A DNA stretch of 63,973 nucleotides, filler included, from an uncultured bacterium (GTDB lineage: Bacteria > Latescibacterota > UBA2968): the NCBI GenBank assembly GCA_964471275.1. It is 3 parts of 3 records of this genome, joined end to end, with 100 filler letters (N's around TTAATTAATTAA, not from the genome) between each part and the next. Parts side by side here need not be neighbours in the genome. Positions count along the whole stretch, not along the records: positions 1 to 24,379 come from CAYYGZ010000041.1; 2 more parts are not named here. One strand, 5' to 3'. This document shows positions 1 to 9,395 of the stretch, in pieces. A program made the translations under genes and the position numbers. The notes beneath the pieces are model-generated. The model saw nothing but the letters and a program-made list of their open reading frames with translations, searched no databases and was not told the DNA's origin. Each line of letters starts with the position of its first letter. Position 1 is the first letter of the stretch.

Positions 1-57
1 GAACGTGGTAGACTACGCATAGCCATTGGCAGCAATCGTATCCGTAGAGGAGGATGA

Positions 58-1548
58 GTGAGCGAGTCACGACCAAACATTGTCTTCATACACGCTGAGA
101 GTATGGACGGCCGGAAGATGGGTTGTATGGGTCACCCGGCCCTCAAGAATGCGACACCGAATATGGATCGGCTGGCAAGTGAGGGTGTGCTCTACAAGAA
201 CGCCTACACGAACTGCCCCGTCTGCAATCCTTCACGCGCAAGCATGTGGACGGGCAAGTACCCGAACCACTACGATTGCTGGAATAACCACGAGGGATTG
301 CACGAAGGTGTGCAGACGTATCAGGATACGCTGAACGCGGCGGGGTATCGGACGAAAGCGATCGGGCCGATCGACTATGCGTATGGGAAGCATTCGATCC
401 GAGACCGCGTCGGATCGTGGACGAGAGCGGCGATGATCGAACGCCCTACGGTGCGGACGCCGCTGCAGATGGTGGTCGGGCAAGGTGAGGCGAACCAGCG
501 CGACTGGCAGCACACACACAACGCGATCAAGGAGATCTCGGAAGCATCAAAGGAGAACCGTCCTTTCTGGACGTATTTGACCACGGGCCTCGTTCATCCA
601 GCATTTGTCGCGGAGCAGCGGCATCTCGATCTGATCGATGTAGATGCGATCGACATCCCACCCCTGTTCGGGCTGGAAGGCACGACGAATCGAGCCGTTC
701 GTCAGCAGCGGATTCTGAAGAATTGCGACCAGCAGTTTTCCGAGTCGATGGTCCGAGAGATTCGTCACATCTACTTTGCGATGATTGCCGCACTGGACGA
801 GATGGTTGGCCGCGTCCTCCAGCACATCGATGACCTCGGGCTGGCCGACTCGACCTATGTCATTTTCTCGAGCGATCACGGCGAGATGGCCGGTGAGCAG
901 AACCAGGTGCTCAAGCGTAGTATGTTCGAAGCCTCTTCACACGTGCCGCTGATCGTACGTGGGCCGGATGTACAGAAGGGCGTGGAGGTGGTGAATCCGG
1001 TATCTCTTCTGGATTTCTACCCGACATTTATGGACATCGCCGGAATCGACTATACCGATTTCGCCGATCGTCCCGGATATGCTGACTCTCTGGACGGCGA
1101 ATCCTGGCTGCCGCAGCTGACTTCCGGTGCAGAGCGACAGCAAGACTGGGCGATGTGCGAGTATCACGGTGATCGTGTTTGTACGGGAACGTATATGCTG
1201 CGCCAGGAGAACTGGAAACTGATTCGTCATATGGGCTTCGACTCCGAGCTCTACAACCTGACAGATGATTCGGATGAGGCGTCGGATGTGTCGTCATCCA
1301 ACACGACCAAAGTGAAGGAGCTCGAGGGTGTCCTCGACGCGAACTTCGATTGTGAAGGAATCGATCAGCGAGCAAAGGCGTACGATCGTGAAGAGTTCCT
1401 GAAGTGGCGGGAGAAGGCGAAATCGGAAGGGAATTACGAGAGTACGATGGCTCACGTCTACAGCGGTTTCGATCGGCAGTGTATCGAGGATATGCGGCCG
1501 TGGACGGCGACGGAGGAGGAGAAGATCGATGCGTGGTTGAACGAGTAG
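58..1548 (+). CDS. Formylglycine-dependent (S1) sulfatase, arylsulfatase K-like
   Basis: PNIVFI N-terminus, CxPxR motif (CPVCNPSRASMWTG) and SSDHGEM; GTG start with AGGAGG RBS. Confidence 0.92.
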   Translation: MSESRPNIVFIHAESMDGRKMGCMGHPALKNATPNMDRLASEGVLYKNAYTNCPVCNPSRASMWTGKYPNHYDCWNNHEGLHEGVQTYQDTLNAAGYRTKAIGPIDYAYGKHSIRDRVGSWTRAAMIERPTVRTPLQMVVGQGEANQRDWQHTHNAIKEISEASKENRPFWTYLTTGLVHPAFVAEQRHLDLIDVDAIDIPPLFGLEGTTNRAVRQQRILKNCDQQFSESMVREIRHIYFAMIAALDEMVGRVLQHIDDLGLADSTYVIFSSDHGEMAGEQNQVLKRSMFEASSHVPLIVRGPDVQKGVEVVNPVSLLDFYPTFMDIAGIDYTDFADRPGYADSLDGESWLPQLTSGAERQQDWAMCEYHGDRVCTGTYMLRQENWKLIRHMGFDSELYNLTDDSDEASDVSSSNTTKVKELEGVLDANFDCEGIDQRAKAYDREEFLKWREKAKSEGNYESTMAHVYSGFDRQCIEDMRPWTATEEEKIDAWLNE

Positions 1549-1582
1549 GCCTGCTGATCAAAACCACTAACAAGGCTGTGGA

Positions 1583-1605
1583 TTCGTCGTCAGGCTCAGG
1601 ACAAG
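1583..1605. repeat. Degenerate REP-like repeat (TTCG...GCTCAGGACAAG)
   Basis: Shares TTCGTCG..GGCTCAGGA with the copy at 23691-23715. Confidence 0.45.
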
Positions 1606-1698
1606 CAATGAGCAAGCAGAAGGTAAGGTTGGCGGGGCCTTGTAGATCCGCAATCTCCAGCGGAAGCAAAGGTGTGGATCGATGACGAGTGAGGTGGA

Positions 1699-2565
1699 AT
1701 GATCTTCTTTGAGGATCTGATGAACCCGGAAGGGCCAGTGCTCCTCCCGAACGGGGACTGGCTGGTCGTGGAGATGGCGCCGGAGCGGGGCTGTGTGACT
1801 CGTGTTACGGCAGACGGGTCAGAGCGGACACCGCTGGCGCAGACGGGAAGGCCGAATGGCCTTGCCGTCGACCATGACGGGATTGTCTGGGTGGCGGAAT
1901 CGAAGAATCTACCCTCACTGTTGAAGATGACGATGGACGGAGCGTTCGAGGTCCATATGACCGGGCCGGACGACGACTTCTTTCTGTTCTCGAACGACCT
2001 TGTCTTTGGTCCCGATGGTACGCTCTGGATGACAGATTCCGGTGTGCTTGAACCGCAGTGGCGGGCGTTCCGGAACGGGAAGAACGACGACGTGACCGTC
2101 GATGGGAAGGTGTGGAAAATCGATGTCAAAACCGAGACGGCGCTGAAGATCGACTCGGGTATCGGTTTTGCGAACGGGATCGCGTATGGGCCGGATGGCT
2201 ATCTCTACGCGAACGAGACACTAACCGGAGACATTTTCAAGTATGATGTTTTCAGGGACCAACCGGAGCGCGAGTTCTTCGTGAATGCCTTTCCAGATAC
2301 TGAAATGGATCCGTATCGGCGAGGGGTCGACGGGATGGCGTTCGATGACCAGGGCAGGCTGTATGTGACGGTGATCGGGTATGGTGATGTGGCCGTCTTC
2401 AGTCTCGATGGGAGTCTCCACAGACGGATACCTTTGATCGGGAAACGCCCGACGAACGTAGCGTTTGGGAGCAAGGGTGAGAAACGGATCTATGTGACGG
2501 AGCAAGGAATCGGGCAGATCGAAGCATACGATGTGGATGCTGACGGGATGGAGCTGTTTGGATAG
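1699..2565 (+). CDS. SMP-30/gluconolactonase/LRE family protein
   Basis: PEGPV, RPNGL, SNDL, ANGIA, DGMAFD and PTNVAFG propeller motifs. Confidence 0.9.
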   Translation: MIFFEDLMNPEGPVLLPNGDWLVVEMAPERGCVTRVTADGSERTPLAQTGRPNGLAVDHDGIVWVAESKNLPSLLKMTMDGAFEVHMTGPDDDFFLFSNDLVFGPDGTLWMTDSGVLEPQWRAFRNGKNDDVTVDGKVWKIDVKTETALKIDSGIGFANGIAYGPDGYLYANETLTGDIFKYDVFRDQPEREFFVNAFPDTEMDPYRRGVDGMAFDDQGRLYVTVIGYGDVAVFSLDGSLHRRIPLIGKRPTNVAFGSKGEKRIYVTEQGIGQIEAYDVDADGMELFG

Positions 2566-2706
2566 AGATAAGGGATCGAGGAATGAGGATCTGGGTTCTG
2601 GCGTGACGGGGCAGGCGAATCGTAAGTCGCCACAGGATCACGACAGGCCTTTAGAAGAGCGACATCTTCCTTTGTCATATCTTTTCATTTTCAATTTAGG
2701 TAATCG

Positions 2707-3738
2707 ATGGCACGTGAGATCATAGCGTTGTCAGCGGACGAGCTGGTGATACGGGAGGTCCCGGACGGTGACCTCGGAGATGGCGATGTGCTGGTCCGCA
2801 CAGACTTTGCGGCGGCGAAGCACGGGACGGAGATGGCGGCGGTGAAAGGCTATGGACGAAGGGGGCGATTCGACTTGGACCTGCATCTCTTTGTGCCGAC
2901 GGATGATGGAGATTCGGGCGCACCGCGTGAATCTCGAGTCGGGAACATGATCGTCGGGCGCGTGGAGCAGGCGGGGCGGCAAGTTAAGGGGATGAAGGTC
3001 GGTGATACCGTCGCTGTTCATTCGTCGTTCAGGGATGTGGTTGTCAGGCCCGAAGGGCGATGCTGGAAGCTCGAAGAGGGGATCACGTGGCAGGACGCGG
3101 TGTGTCTCGATCCGGCTGACTTCGCGATGGGCGCAGTTCGCGATGGTCAAGTGCGGGTTGGAGATGCCGTGGCGGTGTTCGGTCTTGGTGCCATTGGGCT
3201 GATGGTCATTCAGATTGCGAAGCTTTCGGGAGCCTATCCAGTCATTGGCCTCGACCCACTGCAGAACCGAAGGGACGTGGCGCTCACGTGCGGAGCGGAT
3301 GCCGTTCTCGATCCCTCGACAATCGATGCAGGTTTGGAACTGAAGCGAGCGACATCGAATCGTGGTGTCGATGTCGCGATCGAATATAGCGGAAATGTCC
3401 ACGCCATGCAGGCCGCCTTGCGCGGGGTCGCTTTTGGGGGAACTGTCGTGGCTGGCGCATACCCTCCACCGTATGGCGCAGGTCTGGATCTTGGGGCCGA
3501 AGCACATATGAACCGGCCAAACCTGATCTTCTCCCGAGCGTGCAGCGAACCAAACCGGGATCACCCCCGTTGGGATGAGGGTCGCATCTTCGAGAATTGT
3601 AAGCGGTTGTTTCTAGAGGGCAAACTGACGGGCGATCCGATCGTCACACCGGTCGTGGCATTCGAAGAGATCGTCACGGAGTATCCGAAGATCATGAGCG
3701 ATCCCGGGAGTAATGTGAAGTTGGGGTGTCGGTTCTAG
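2707..3738 (+). CDS. Zinc-binding alcohol dehydrogenase (MDR) family, YcjQ-like
   Basis: AAKHGTE, GLGAIG Rossmann motif, GVDVAIE. Confidence 0.88.
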   Translation: MAREIIALSADELVIREVPDGDLGDGDVLVRTDFAAAKHGTEMAAVKGYGRRGRFDLDLHLFVPTDDGDSGAPRESRVGNMIVGRVEQAGRQVKGMKVGDTVAVHSSFRDVVVRPEGRCWKLEEGITWQDAVCLDPADFAMGAVRDGQVRVGDAVAVFGLGAIGLMVIQIAKLSGAYPVIGLDPLQNRRDVALTCGADAVLDPSTIDAGLELKRATSNRGVDVAIEYSGNVHAMQAALRGVAFGGTVVAGAYPPPYGAGLDLGAEAHMNRPNLIFSRACSEPNRDHPRWDEGRIFENCKRLFLEGKLTGDPIVTPVVAFEEIVTEYPKIMSDPGSNVKLGCRF

Positions 3739-3789
3739 TGTGGGCCACGTTATCCTTCGCTGTGTTCAGGATGACTGAGAAGGAACGAG

Positions 3790-4971
3790 ATGATCGTGAC
3801 GTATTATCCAAAAAGCGACCCCAACGGGGGATGGCACAAGTTGAAGAGCGGCCGGAAGGTGCGGAAGGAGACGGGGGTTGATAAGGAAGGGCTCGATGAG
3901 GCATTCACTTTTGCCAAGACGAGCACGAAGAACGGTGGGCTGCTCGTCGTGCGGCACGGTTACCTGATCTACGAGGACTATTTCGGGAAGGGGAATCGGG
4001 ACGCGACACCGAATCAGGGGTCGTGCGGGAAGTCGTTCACGAGCATTGCTGTCGGAATCCTGATGGCTGAGTTTCCGGAGCTGTTCCCGAAGGGGCTCGA
4101 TCAGGAGGTCTTTCGGACGACCCATCTGCCGCCGATCGCGTTTCCGTTGGAGGACAAGCGGAAGGCAGACATAACGCTTGGCCAACTACTCAGCTTCAGT
4201 GCAGGGATTCGTGGGAATAACCCTTGTTACGTGAACGGCGAGGAGACGGCTATCGATCCGCTGGGCCCCGATGGCTGGCAGGGGATGGAGGATGCACGCG
4301 CCATCGGCAAGTTGGAAGAGGATTTCTCAGACGGACGTCCGTTCTCGGCGAAGACCTTGTGGTGTGATCCTGGGTGTGGCTACTCGTATGCGACGGCATC
4401 GATCCATATCGCGTCGATGATGGTCAGGCACATCGCAGAGCGAGAGATGGAGCAGTATCTGCGGGACCGCGTGGCGCCGACGCTGGGATGGGGTGCCTGG
4501 AGCTTTGGCTATAAGAACACGGAGGCGCGAGCGCACACACCTGGTGGTGGCGGGATCGCGATCCGGGCGACGGATATGCTCCGGTTTCTGTATCTGCTGC
4601 TGCACGGAGGGAAGTGGGAGGACAAGCAGGTGGTGCCGACAGATTACGTAGTCCACTGCTCGAAGGCTTCACCCTACAATCCACACTATCCATACAGTCT
4701 GCAGTTCACTTGCAATTCGACCGGGCTCGACCCGGATCTGCCCGACGACGCTTACTGGAAAGCGGGATCGGGTGGGCACGCTCTTTACATTGTGCCCTCA
4801 CTGGATATGGTGGTGTGGAAGCTGGGCGGCAGGGACGAGCAGTTCCGTGAGATGAATACCGGAATGCCAAAGGTCGAGACGGGAGGCGATCGGGAGGGTT
4901 GGGAGAAGCAGGTAGAAGATGGCGAGGCGCTGCGCGGGACCTTGCGGCGCGTCTGTGATTCAGTCCAATGA
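3790..4971 (+). CDS. Serine hydrolase, beta-lactamase class C/esterase family
   Basis: SxxK (SCGKS), ITLGQLL, YSY, AGSGG. Confidence 0.85.
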   Translation: MIVTYYPKSDPNGGWHKLKSGRKVRKETGVDKEGLDEAFTFAKTSTKNGGLLVVRHGYLIYEDYFGKGNRDATPNQGSCGKSFTSIAVGILMAEFPELFPKGLDQEVFRTTHLPPIAFPLEDKRKADITLGQLLSFSAGIRGNNPCYVNGEETAIDPLGPDGWQGMEDARAIGKLEEDFSDGRPFSAKTLWCDPGCGYSYATASIHIASMMVRHIAEREMEQYLRDRVAPTLGWGAWSFGYKNTEARAHTPGGGGIAIRATDMLRFLYLLLHGGKWEDKQVVPTDYVVHCSKASPYNPHYPYSLQFTCNSTGLDPDLPDDAYWKAGSGGHALYIVPSLDMVVWKLGGRDEQFREMNTGMPKVETGGDREGWEKQVEDGEALRGTLRRVCDSVQ

Positions 4972-4981
4972 TGGAGGCCGT

Positions 4982-5893
4982 ATGGCGATTCCGGTAATAT
5001 TCGACACGGATATCGGGAGCGACATAGATGATACGTGGGCACTCGCATTCCTGCTACGATGTCCGGAACTGGATGTGAGACTGGTTACGACCGATCGCGG
5101 GAGACCGGAATACCGGGCGAAGCTGGCGTGTCAGATCTTAGAAGCAGGAGGGCGACAGGACCTGCCCGTGGGGTTGGGACCGGAGTGGGAGGGGAATACG
5201 GGGCAGACACGTCAGGAACCGTGTGCAGAGGGTTATGCGCTGTCTTCGTATGCCGGGGAGATCATCGAGGACGGTGTGGGGGCGATGATCGATATGATTC
5301 TGGGGTCGACAGAGTTGATCACGGTTGTCGGGATTGGACCGCTGCCAACAGTCTCTGCGGCGCTGAAGCGGGAACCGAGGATCGCAGAGAATGCCCGGTT
5401 TATCGGGATGTACGGGAGTTTGCGTCTGGGGCACAAGCGGGATCGCGACAACGTGATCGCCGAGGCGAACGTGGTGAACGACGCGAAGGCGTGCCAGGCC
5501 GTCTTCGAGGCATCCTGGCCTGTGACGATCACACCGCTGGATACGTGCGGGATCGTGCAGCTCAAGGGCGAGTTCCATCGTCAGGTTGCCGAGTCGGACG
5601 ACTTGCTGGCTCGCGCCGTGATGTCGAATTACGCGACGTGGTGGATGCGGGGAAAGGCTGCCGCGACTGACGCAGAATTGTGGAAACGCGAGAGCTCAAT
5701 CCTGTTCGACACTGTTGCGGTATACCTCGCCTTCTCTGAAGATCTGCTTGTGATGGAAGATCTTCGCGTTCGTGTGACGGATGATGGGTTCACAAGAATC
5801 AACGAGAAAGCGAAAGTGCAACGTTGCGCGACAGAGTGGAAGGACCTGGACGCGTTTTACGACCTGTTGGTTGAACGACTCACGAACGGCTGA
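4982..5893 (+). CDS. Inosine/uridine-preferring nucleoside hydrolase family
   Basis: DTDIGSDIDD motif, AEANV, TPLD; GGAGG RBS before ATG 4982. Confidence 0.9.
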   Translation: MAIPVIFDTDIGSDIDDTWALAFLLRCPELDVRLVTTDRGRPEYRAKLACQILEAGGRQDLPVGLGPEWEGNTGQTRQEPCAEGYALSSYAGEIIEDGVGAMIDMILGSTELITVVGIGPLPTVSAALKREPRIAENARFIGMYGSLRLGHKRDRDNVIAEANVVNDAKACQAVFEASWPVTITPLDTCGIVQLKGEFHRQVAESDDLLARAVMSNYATWWMRGKAAATDAELWKRESSILFDTVAVYLAFSEDLLVMEDLRVRVTDDGFTRINEKAKVQRCATEWKDLDAFYDLLVERLTNG

Positions 5894-5906
5894 TTGGAGA
5901 TTGGGA

Positions 5907-7838
5907 ATGAGCACACGTGATGCATCTCTGCCCGTTGATGGCCGTCTGTACGCTTTCAGGAATTACCAATCCGTGTTCCCCTTACCGGAGTGGGGTAGCC
6001 TGGTCGAGTGGAAGCGCGCGAGAAGGAAGATTCGCGAGCATCTCTGGTTGTGCACGGGGCTGAACAACCAGACGCTTACCTATCGGCCAAGGGCCCGCGT
6101 GGTCAGCAAGTTCGAGCACGAGGGAATCGTGATCGAGAATATCCAGGTCGAAACGCTTCCCGGGTTGTATGTGATGGGCAATCTCTACCGCCCGAAAGTG
6201 GTTCGGGATCGCCTGCCTCTGGTTTTGCACCCACACGGTCACGGGATGCGATCACGAACTCTGCCGTTGTCTGTGGCATCGGTTCCGCATCGAACGATGA
6301 ACCACGCGCTGAACGGGTTTGCTGCCTTCGCGTGGTCAATGGTTGCGCACGACGAGGATATGATGCAGATCGAGCACCGGGCGTTGCTGTCAGGTCCGGA
6401 GAAGAAGGTCTGTAATGTCCTGGGACTGAGCGTCTTCGGACTCCAGCTCCACAATGGGATGAAGATGATCGACTATCTCAGTCGACGGAAGGATATCGAC
6501 TCACAGCGCATCGGCTGCACAGGCGAATCGGGGGGCGCGACACAGACCTACTACCTGGCTGCGCTCGACGATCGCATCAAGGTGACGGCACCGGCTGTGA
6601 TGCTATCGGGTCACTACCAGGGCGGCTGTGTCTGCGAGAACGCGCCGCATCTTCATCTGGAGTACAGCACACCGCACTACGCTGCTCTGATCGCGCCGCG
6701 ACCGATGCTGTTGACCGGTTGCACGGGTGATTGGACGCACCATATGCGCGAACGAGAGCTGAGTAGGATGCGCGATCTGTATCGGCTGTATGATCGGGAG
6801 GACGCTGTGGATGGATTCTTCCAGGATGAGAAACATAACTATAACCGGCAATCTCGTGAACGTGTTTACGCCTGGATGATGAAGTGGCTGATGGATCCGA
6901 AGTTCACAAAGAAACGGATTCCTGAATCGAAGAAGCCGATTCCCAAACCGGAGCAGCTGCTGGTTCACGACACACCTGTCCCGCCTGTTAAGGGCGTCAT
7001 CCGGTCGAAGAAGGCGCTGATCGACACGTGGATGAAGCTGCACGAAAGACCGGACGCCGTGGACGAGACGCGCAGCCTTCTGTCGCTCGAATTGCCGGTG
7101 AAATCGGATGTGTTGGTTCGAAATCGAACACCGAAGCACGCGTCCAGAGGGAAGGTCCTGGCGGACAACCGGATCGACTACGGCCGATTCTCGGAGAGCA
7201 GTCATCTCAGCTGCCGGTTTGTGGTTCCGGAGAAGGGACGACCGTCACATCTGGTTCTGGGCAAGTGGCCGAGCAGCAATGCCTGGCGGACATTCGTCAG
7301 CAAACCACCAAAGGCTGTTCAGAAACTGATCGACGCAGGTGATGGGGTGATTGTACCCCTGCTGTTCGGACAACAGCTGCCGAGAGAGATCGCCGCCTAT
7401 CGGGAAGGTATCGAGTCTAGCTACCTCTACACCTCATACAACCGGACCATGCACGAGCATCAGGCTGGTGACATCCTCACGACGGTTCGACTCGCACAGA
7501 TCGAGATGGGGATCGATCCTGCAAGCATTCGGATCGTCGCTGAGAAGGGGATCTCCCTAGTGGCCCTTGTTGTGTGGTCGGCTCTCTGCGCGCGGAAGGA
7601 CATCGGGGTGTTTGCAGGTGATTTCAGCGGCATTGAATTCTCGAACCCGAAAAGCTGGGTACGGAACGCATACTTCCCGCTGATTCTGCGGGGGGGCGGG
7701 ATGAAGAGCCTGGTGAGGTTGTGTGGGCGAAAGACCGGACTGGCGAGTGGGGTGGCACGGACTCAGGCAAATGAGCTGCCTTCCGGGTTCAGGGTCAGGC
7801 AGAAGGAATTAGATTTGGCGGGGTTGTTGAAGGCGTAG
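5907..7838 (+). CDS. Alpha/beta hydrolase, acetyl-xylan-esterase-like, with degenerate second domain
   Basis: LHPHGH, nucleophile elbow GCTGESGG, GGCVCEN, ALIAPRP, HNYN. Confidence 0.8.
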   Translation: MSTRDASLPVDGRLYAFRNYQSVFPLPEWGSLVEWKRARRKIREHLWLCTGLNNQTLTYRPRARVVSKFEHEGIVIENIQVETLPGLYVMGNLYRPKVVRDRLPLVLHPHGHGMRSRTLPLSVASVPHRTMNHALNGFAAFAWSMVAHDEDMMQIEHRALLSGPEKKVCNVLGLSVFGLQLHNGMKMIDYLSRRKDIDSQRIGCTGESGGATQTYYLAALDDRIKVTAPAVMLSGHYQGGCVCENAPHLHLEYSTPHYAALIAPRPMLLTGCTGDWTHHMRERELSRMRDLYRLYDREDAVDGFFQDEKHNYNRQSRERVYAWMMKWLMDPKFTKKRIPESKKPIPKPEQLLVHDTPVPPVKGVIRSKKALIDTWMKLHERPDAVDETRSLLSLELPVKSDVLVRNRTPKHASRGKVLADNRIDYGRFSESSHLSCRFVVPEKGRPSHLVLGKWPSSNAWRTFVSKPPKAVQKLIDAGDGVIVPLLFGQQLPREIAAYREGIESSYLYTSYNRTMHEHQAGDILTTVRLAQIEMGIDPASIRIVAEKGISLVALVVWSALCARKDIGVFAGDFSGIEFSNPKSWVRNAYFPLILRGGGMKSLVRLCGRKTGLASGVARTQANELPSGFRVRQKELDLAGLLKA

Positions 7839-7840
7839 GA

Positions 7841-7997
7841 CCACAGACCCACAGAGCAGCAGAACTCCTGGCGGCTACCCAGGAGTTACCCCCGAGTAAA
7901 CTCGACTTCTGCCTTCACGGGTATGCCGACAAGGTCACGATCTTCGGATTGTGGCCGTTCTTGTTGGCTCAAAAACCCGTTTTCTGCTGTAGGTGTG
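7841..7997 (+). ncRNA. Candidate structured non-coding RNA of unassigned family (retron msr/msd-like architecture)
   Basis: Nested helices, a cUUCGg-capped long stem and three G-U pairs that form only on the + strand. Confidence 0.55.
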
Positions 7998-7999
7998 CG

Positions 8000-8024
8000 A
8001 AAAGTGCCCCTGGGGGCACTTTTT
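8000..8024 (+). terminator. Intrinsic terminator, possibly bidirectional
   Basis: AAAAGTGCCC-CTGG-GGGCACTTTTT. Confidence 0.75.
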
Positions 8025-8140
8025 AGTTTTAGAGGCGTTCTCCAGATTCATTTTGGCTTTACGGAGGACCTTTCTCGTGCGACATTGATCGGGCTGATTT
8101 GTGCACATTTAGAGCGTAAGTTGACGTCTAGGAGGACTTT

Positions 8141-9172
8141 ATGAGTGATATGAAGATCGGGATTGTCGGGATGGGATGGGTAGCGGGCGCCCACATCGAG
8201 ACGTTCAAGAATGTCGAGGGCGCGAGTGTGACAGCGGTCTGTTCGCGACGTGAACTGGACGAGAAGGAGCTGGAAGCGCAGTTCGGAACCCCGATAAAGG
8301 TCTACAGCGATTACGCGCAGATGGTTGCCGATATCGACGTGGTCGATGTGTGTACGCCGCACCCGTTACATCCGGAGCAGGCCATCACCGCGGCTGAAGC
8401 CGGAAAGCACGTGCTGATTGAGAAACCGATCGCGATCGATTGGGACAGCGCAAAGGCGATCCGCGATGCCGTCCACAAGGCAAAGGTGAAATCCTGTGTG
8501 TGTTTCGAGGTGCGGTTCTGCGGCCAGTTTGTGATGACCAAGTCTGTGATCGATCAGGGCTTGCTGGGCGACATCCACTATGGAGAGATCGATTATTATC
8601 ACGGGATCGGCCCCTGGTATGGTCAGTATTCGTGGAACATCAAGAAGGATATGGGTGGAAGCAGCCTGCTGACCGCAGGATGTCACGCGCTGGACGCGTT
8701 GCTGATGTGTATGGGGGACGAGGTGGAAGAGGTCACGAGCTACGAGACGACGAGTTCGAGTGATCACTTCAAGCCCTACGAGTACGCCACAACGAACGTG
8801 ACAATCCTGAAGTTTAAGAACGGGGCCGTCGGGAAGTGCGCATCTGTTGTCGACTGTCTACAACCCTACTACTTCCACACCCACTTGGTCGGTAGCCACG
8901 GGAGTATGCTGGACAATAAATTCTATTCCTCGAAAATTGGCGGCATCACGAAGGACAAATGGAGCACGCTCGACGCACCGCTCATCGATTCAGGCGATGT
9001 GAACGATCACCCGTATCAGCCGCAGTTTCAGGCCTTCGTCGACAGCATCAACGACGATTCGACGATGCCGTTGACCGATTTCGACACCGCATTCGAATCG
9101 CATCGTGTCGTGTTCGCCGCGGATCGTTCGGCGGCAGAAGGCAGATCCGTCAAGATCAGCGAGATGGATTAG
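8141..9172 (+). CDS. Gfo/Idh/MocA family oxidoreductase
   Basis: [33 protein letters not shown]. Confidence 0.92.
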   Translation: MSDMKIGIVGMGWVAGAHIETFKNVEGASVTAVCSRRELDEKELEAQFGTPIKVYSDYAQMVADIDVVDVCTPHPLHPEQAITAAEAGKHVLIEKPIAIDWDSAKAIRDAVHKAKVKSCVCFEVRFCGQFVMTKSVIDQGLLGDIHYGEIDYYHGIGPWYGQYSWNIKKDMGGSSLLTAGCHALDALLMCMGDEVEEVTSYETTSSSDHFKPYEYATTNVTILKFKNGAVGKCASVVDCLQPYYFHTHLVGSHGSMLDNKFYSSKIGGITKDKWSTLDAPLIDSGDVNDHPYQPQFQAFVDSINDDSTMPLTDFDTAFESHRVVFAADRSAAEGRSVKISEMD

Positions 9173-9388
9173 GGTAAGGCGTAGATCCTCAACGCGAGGG
9201 CGCGAGGGCGCAAAGGGAGCAGAGAGATCTGGGAACTGGCCGAGGACATTCAGAACTTCTAGCACCTACAAGGCGAGCTACCGTAGGCCGGTCTTCAAGA
9301 GACCAGGCCAGAAGCTACTCAGTTGTGCTCTTCCCTGCCACGTGCCCCACGCTCCCTGCGCCTTTCCCCTACGTATCACTTGCCCTCA
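9171..9388. repeat. Long imperfect inverted repeat filling the intergenic region
   Basis: AGGGTAAG/CTTGCCCT, CGTAG/CTACG, GGCGCA..GGGAGC/GCTCCC-TGCGCC and an apical GGTCT/AGACC hairpin. Confidence 0.5.
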
Positions 9389-9395
9389 CAGAGAT

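Noticed and set aside
2570..2640. Short degenerate 7-8 nt tandem units after genes (also about 20270-20300 and 21265-21320)
   Set aside because: Too degenerate to define, and not CRISPR because there are no constant repeats with spacers.
7841..7997. 6S RNA, SRP RNA, tRNA or a known small ribozyme as the identity of the structured element
   Set aside because: No 6S central-bubble pairing, SRP loop, cloverleaf or hammerhead/twister core was recognisable by eye.
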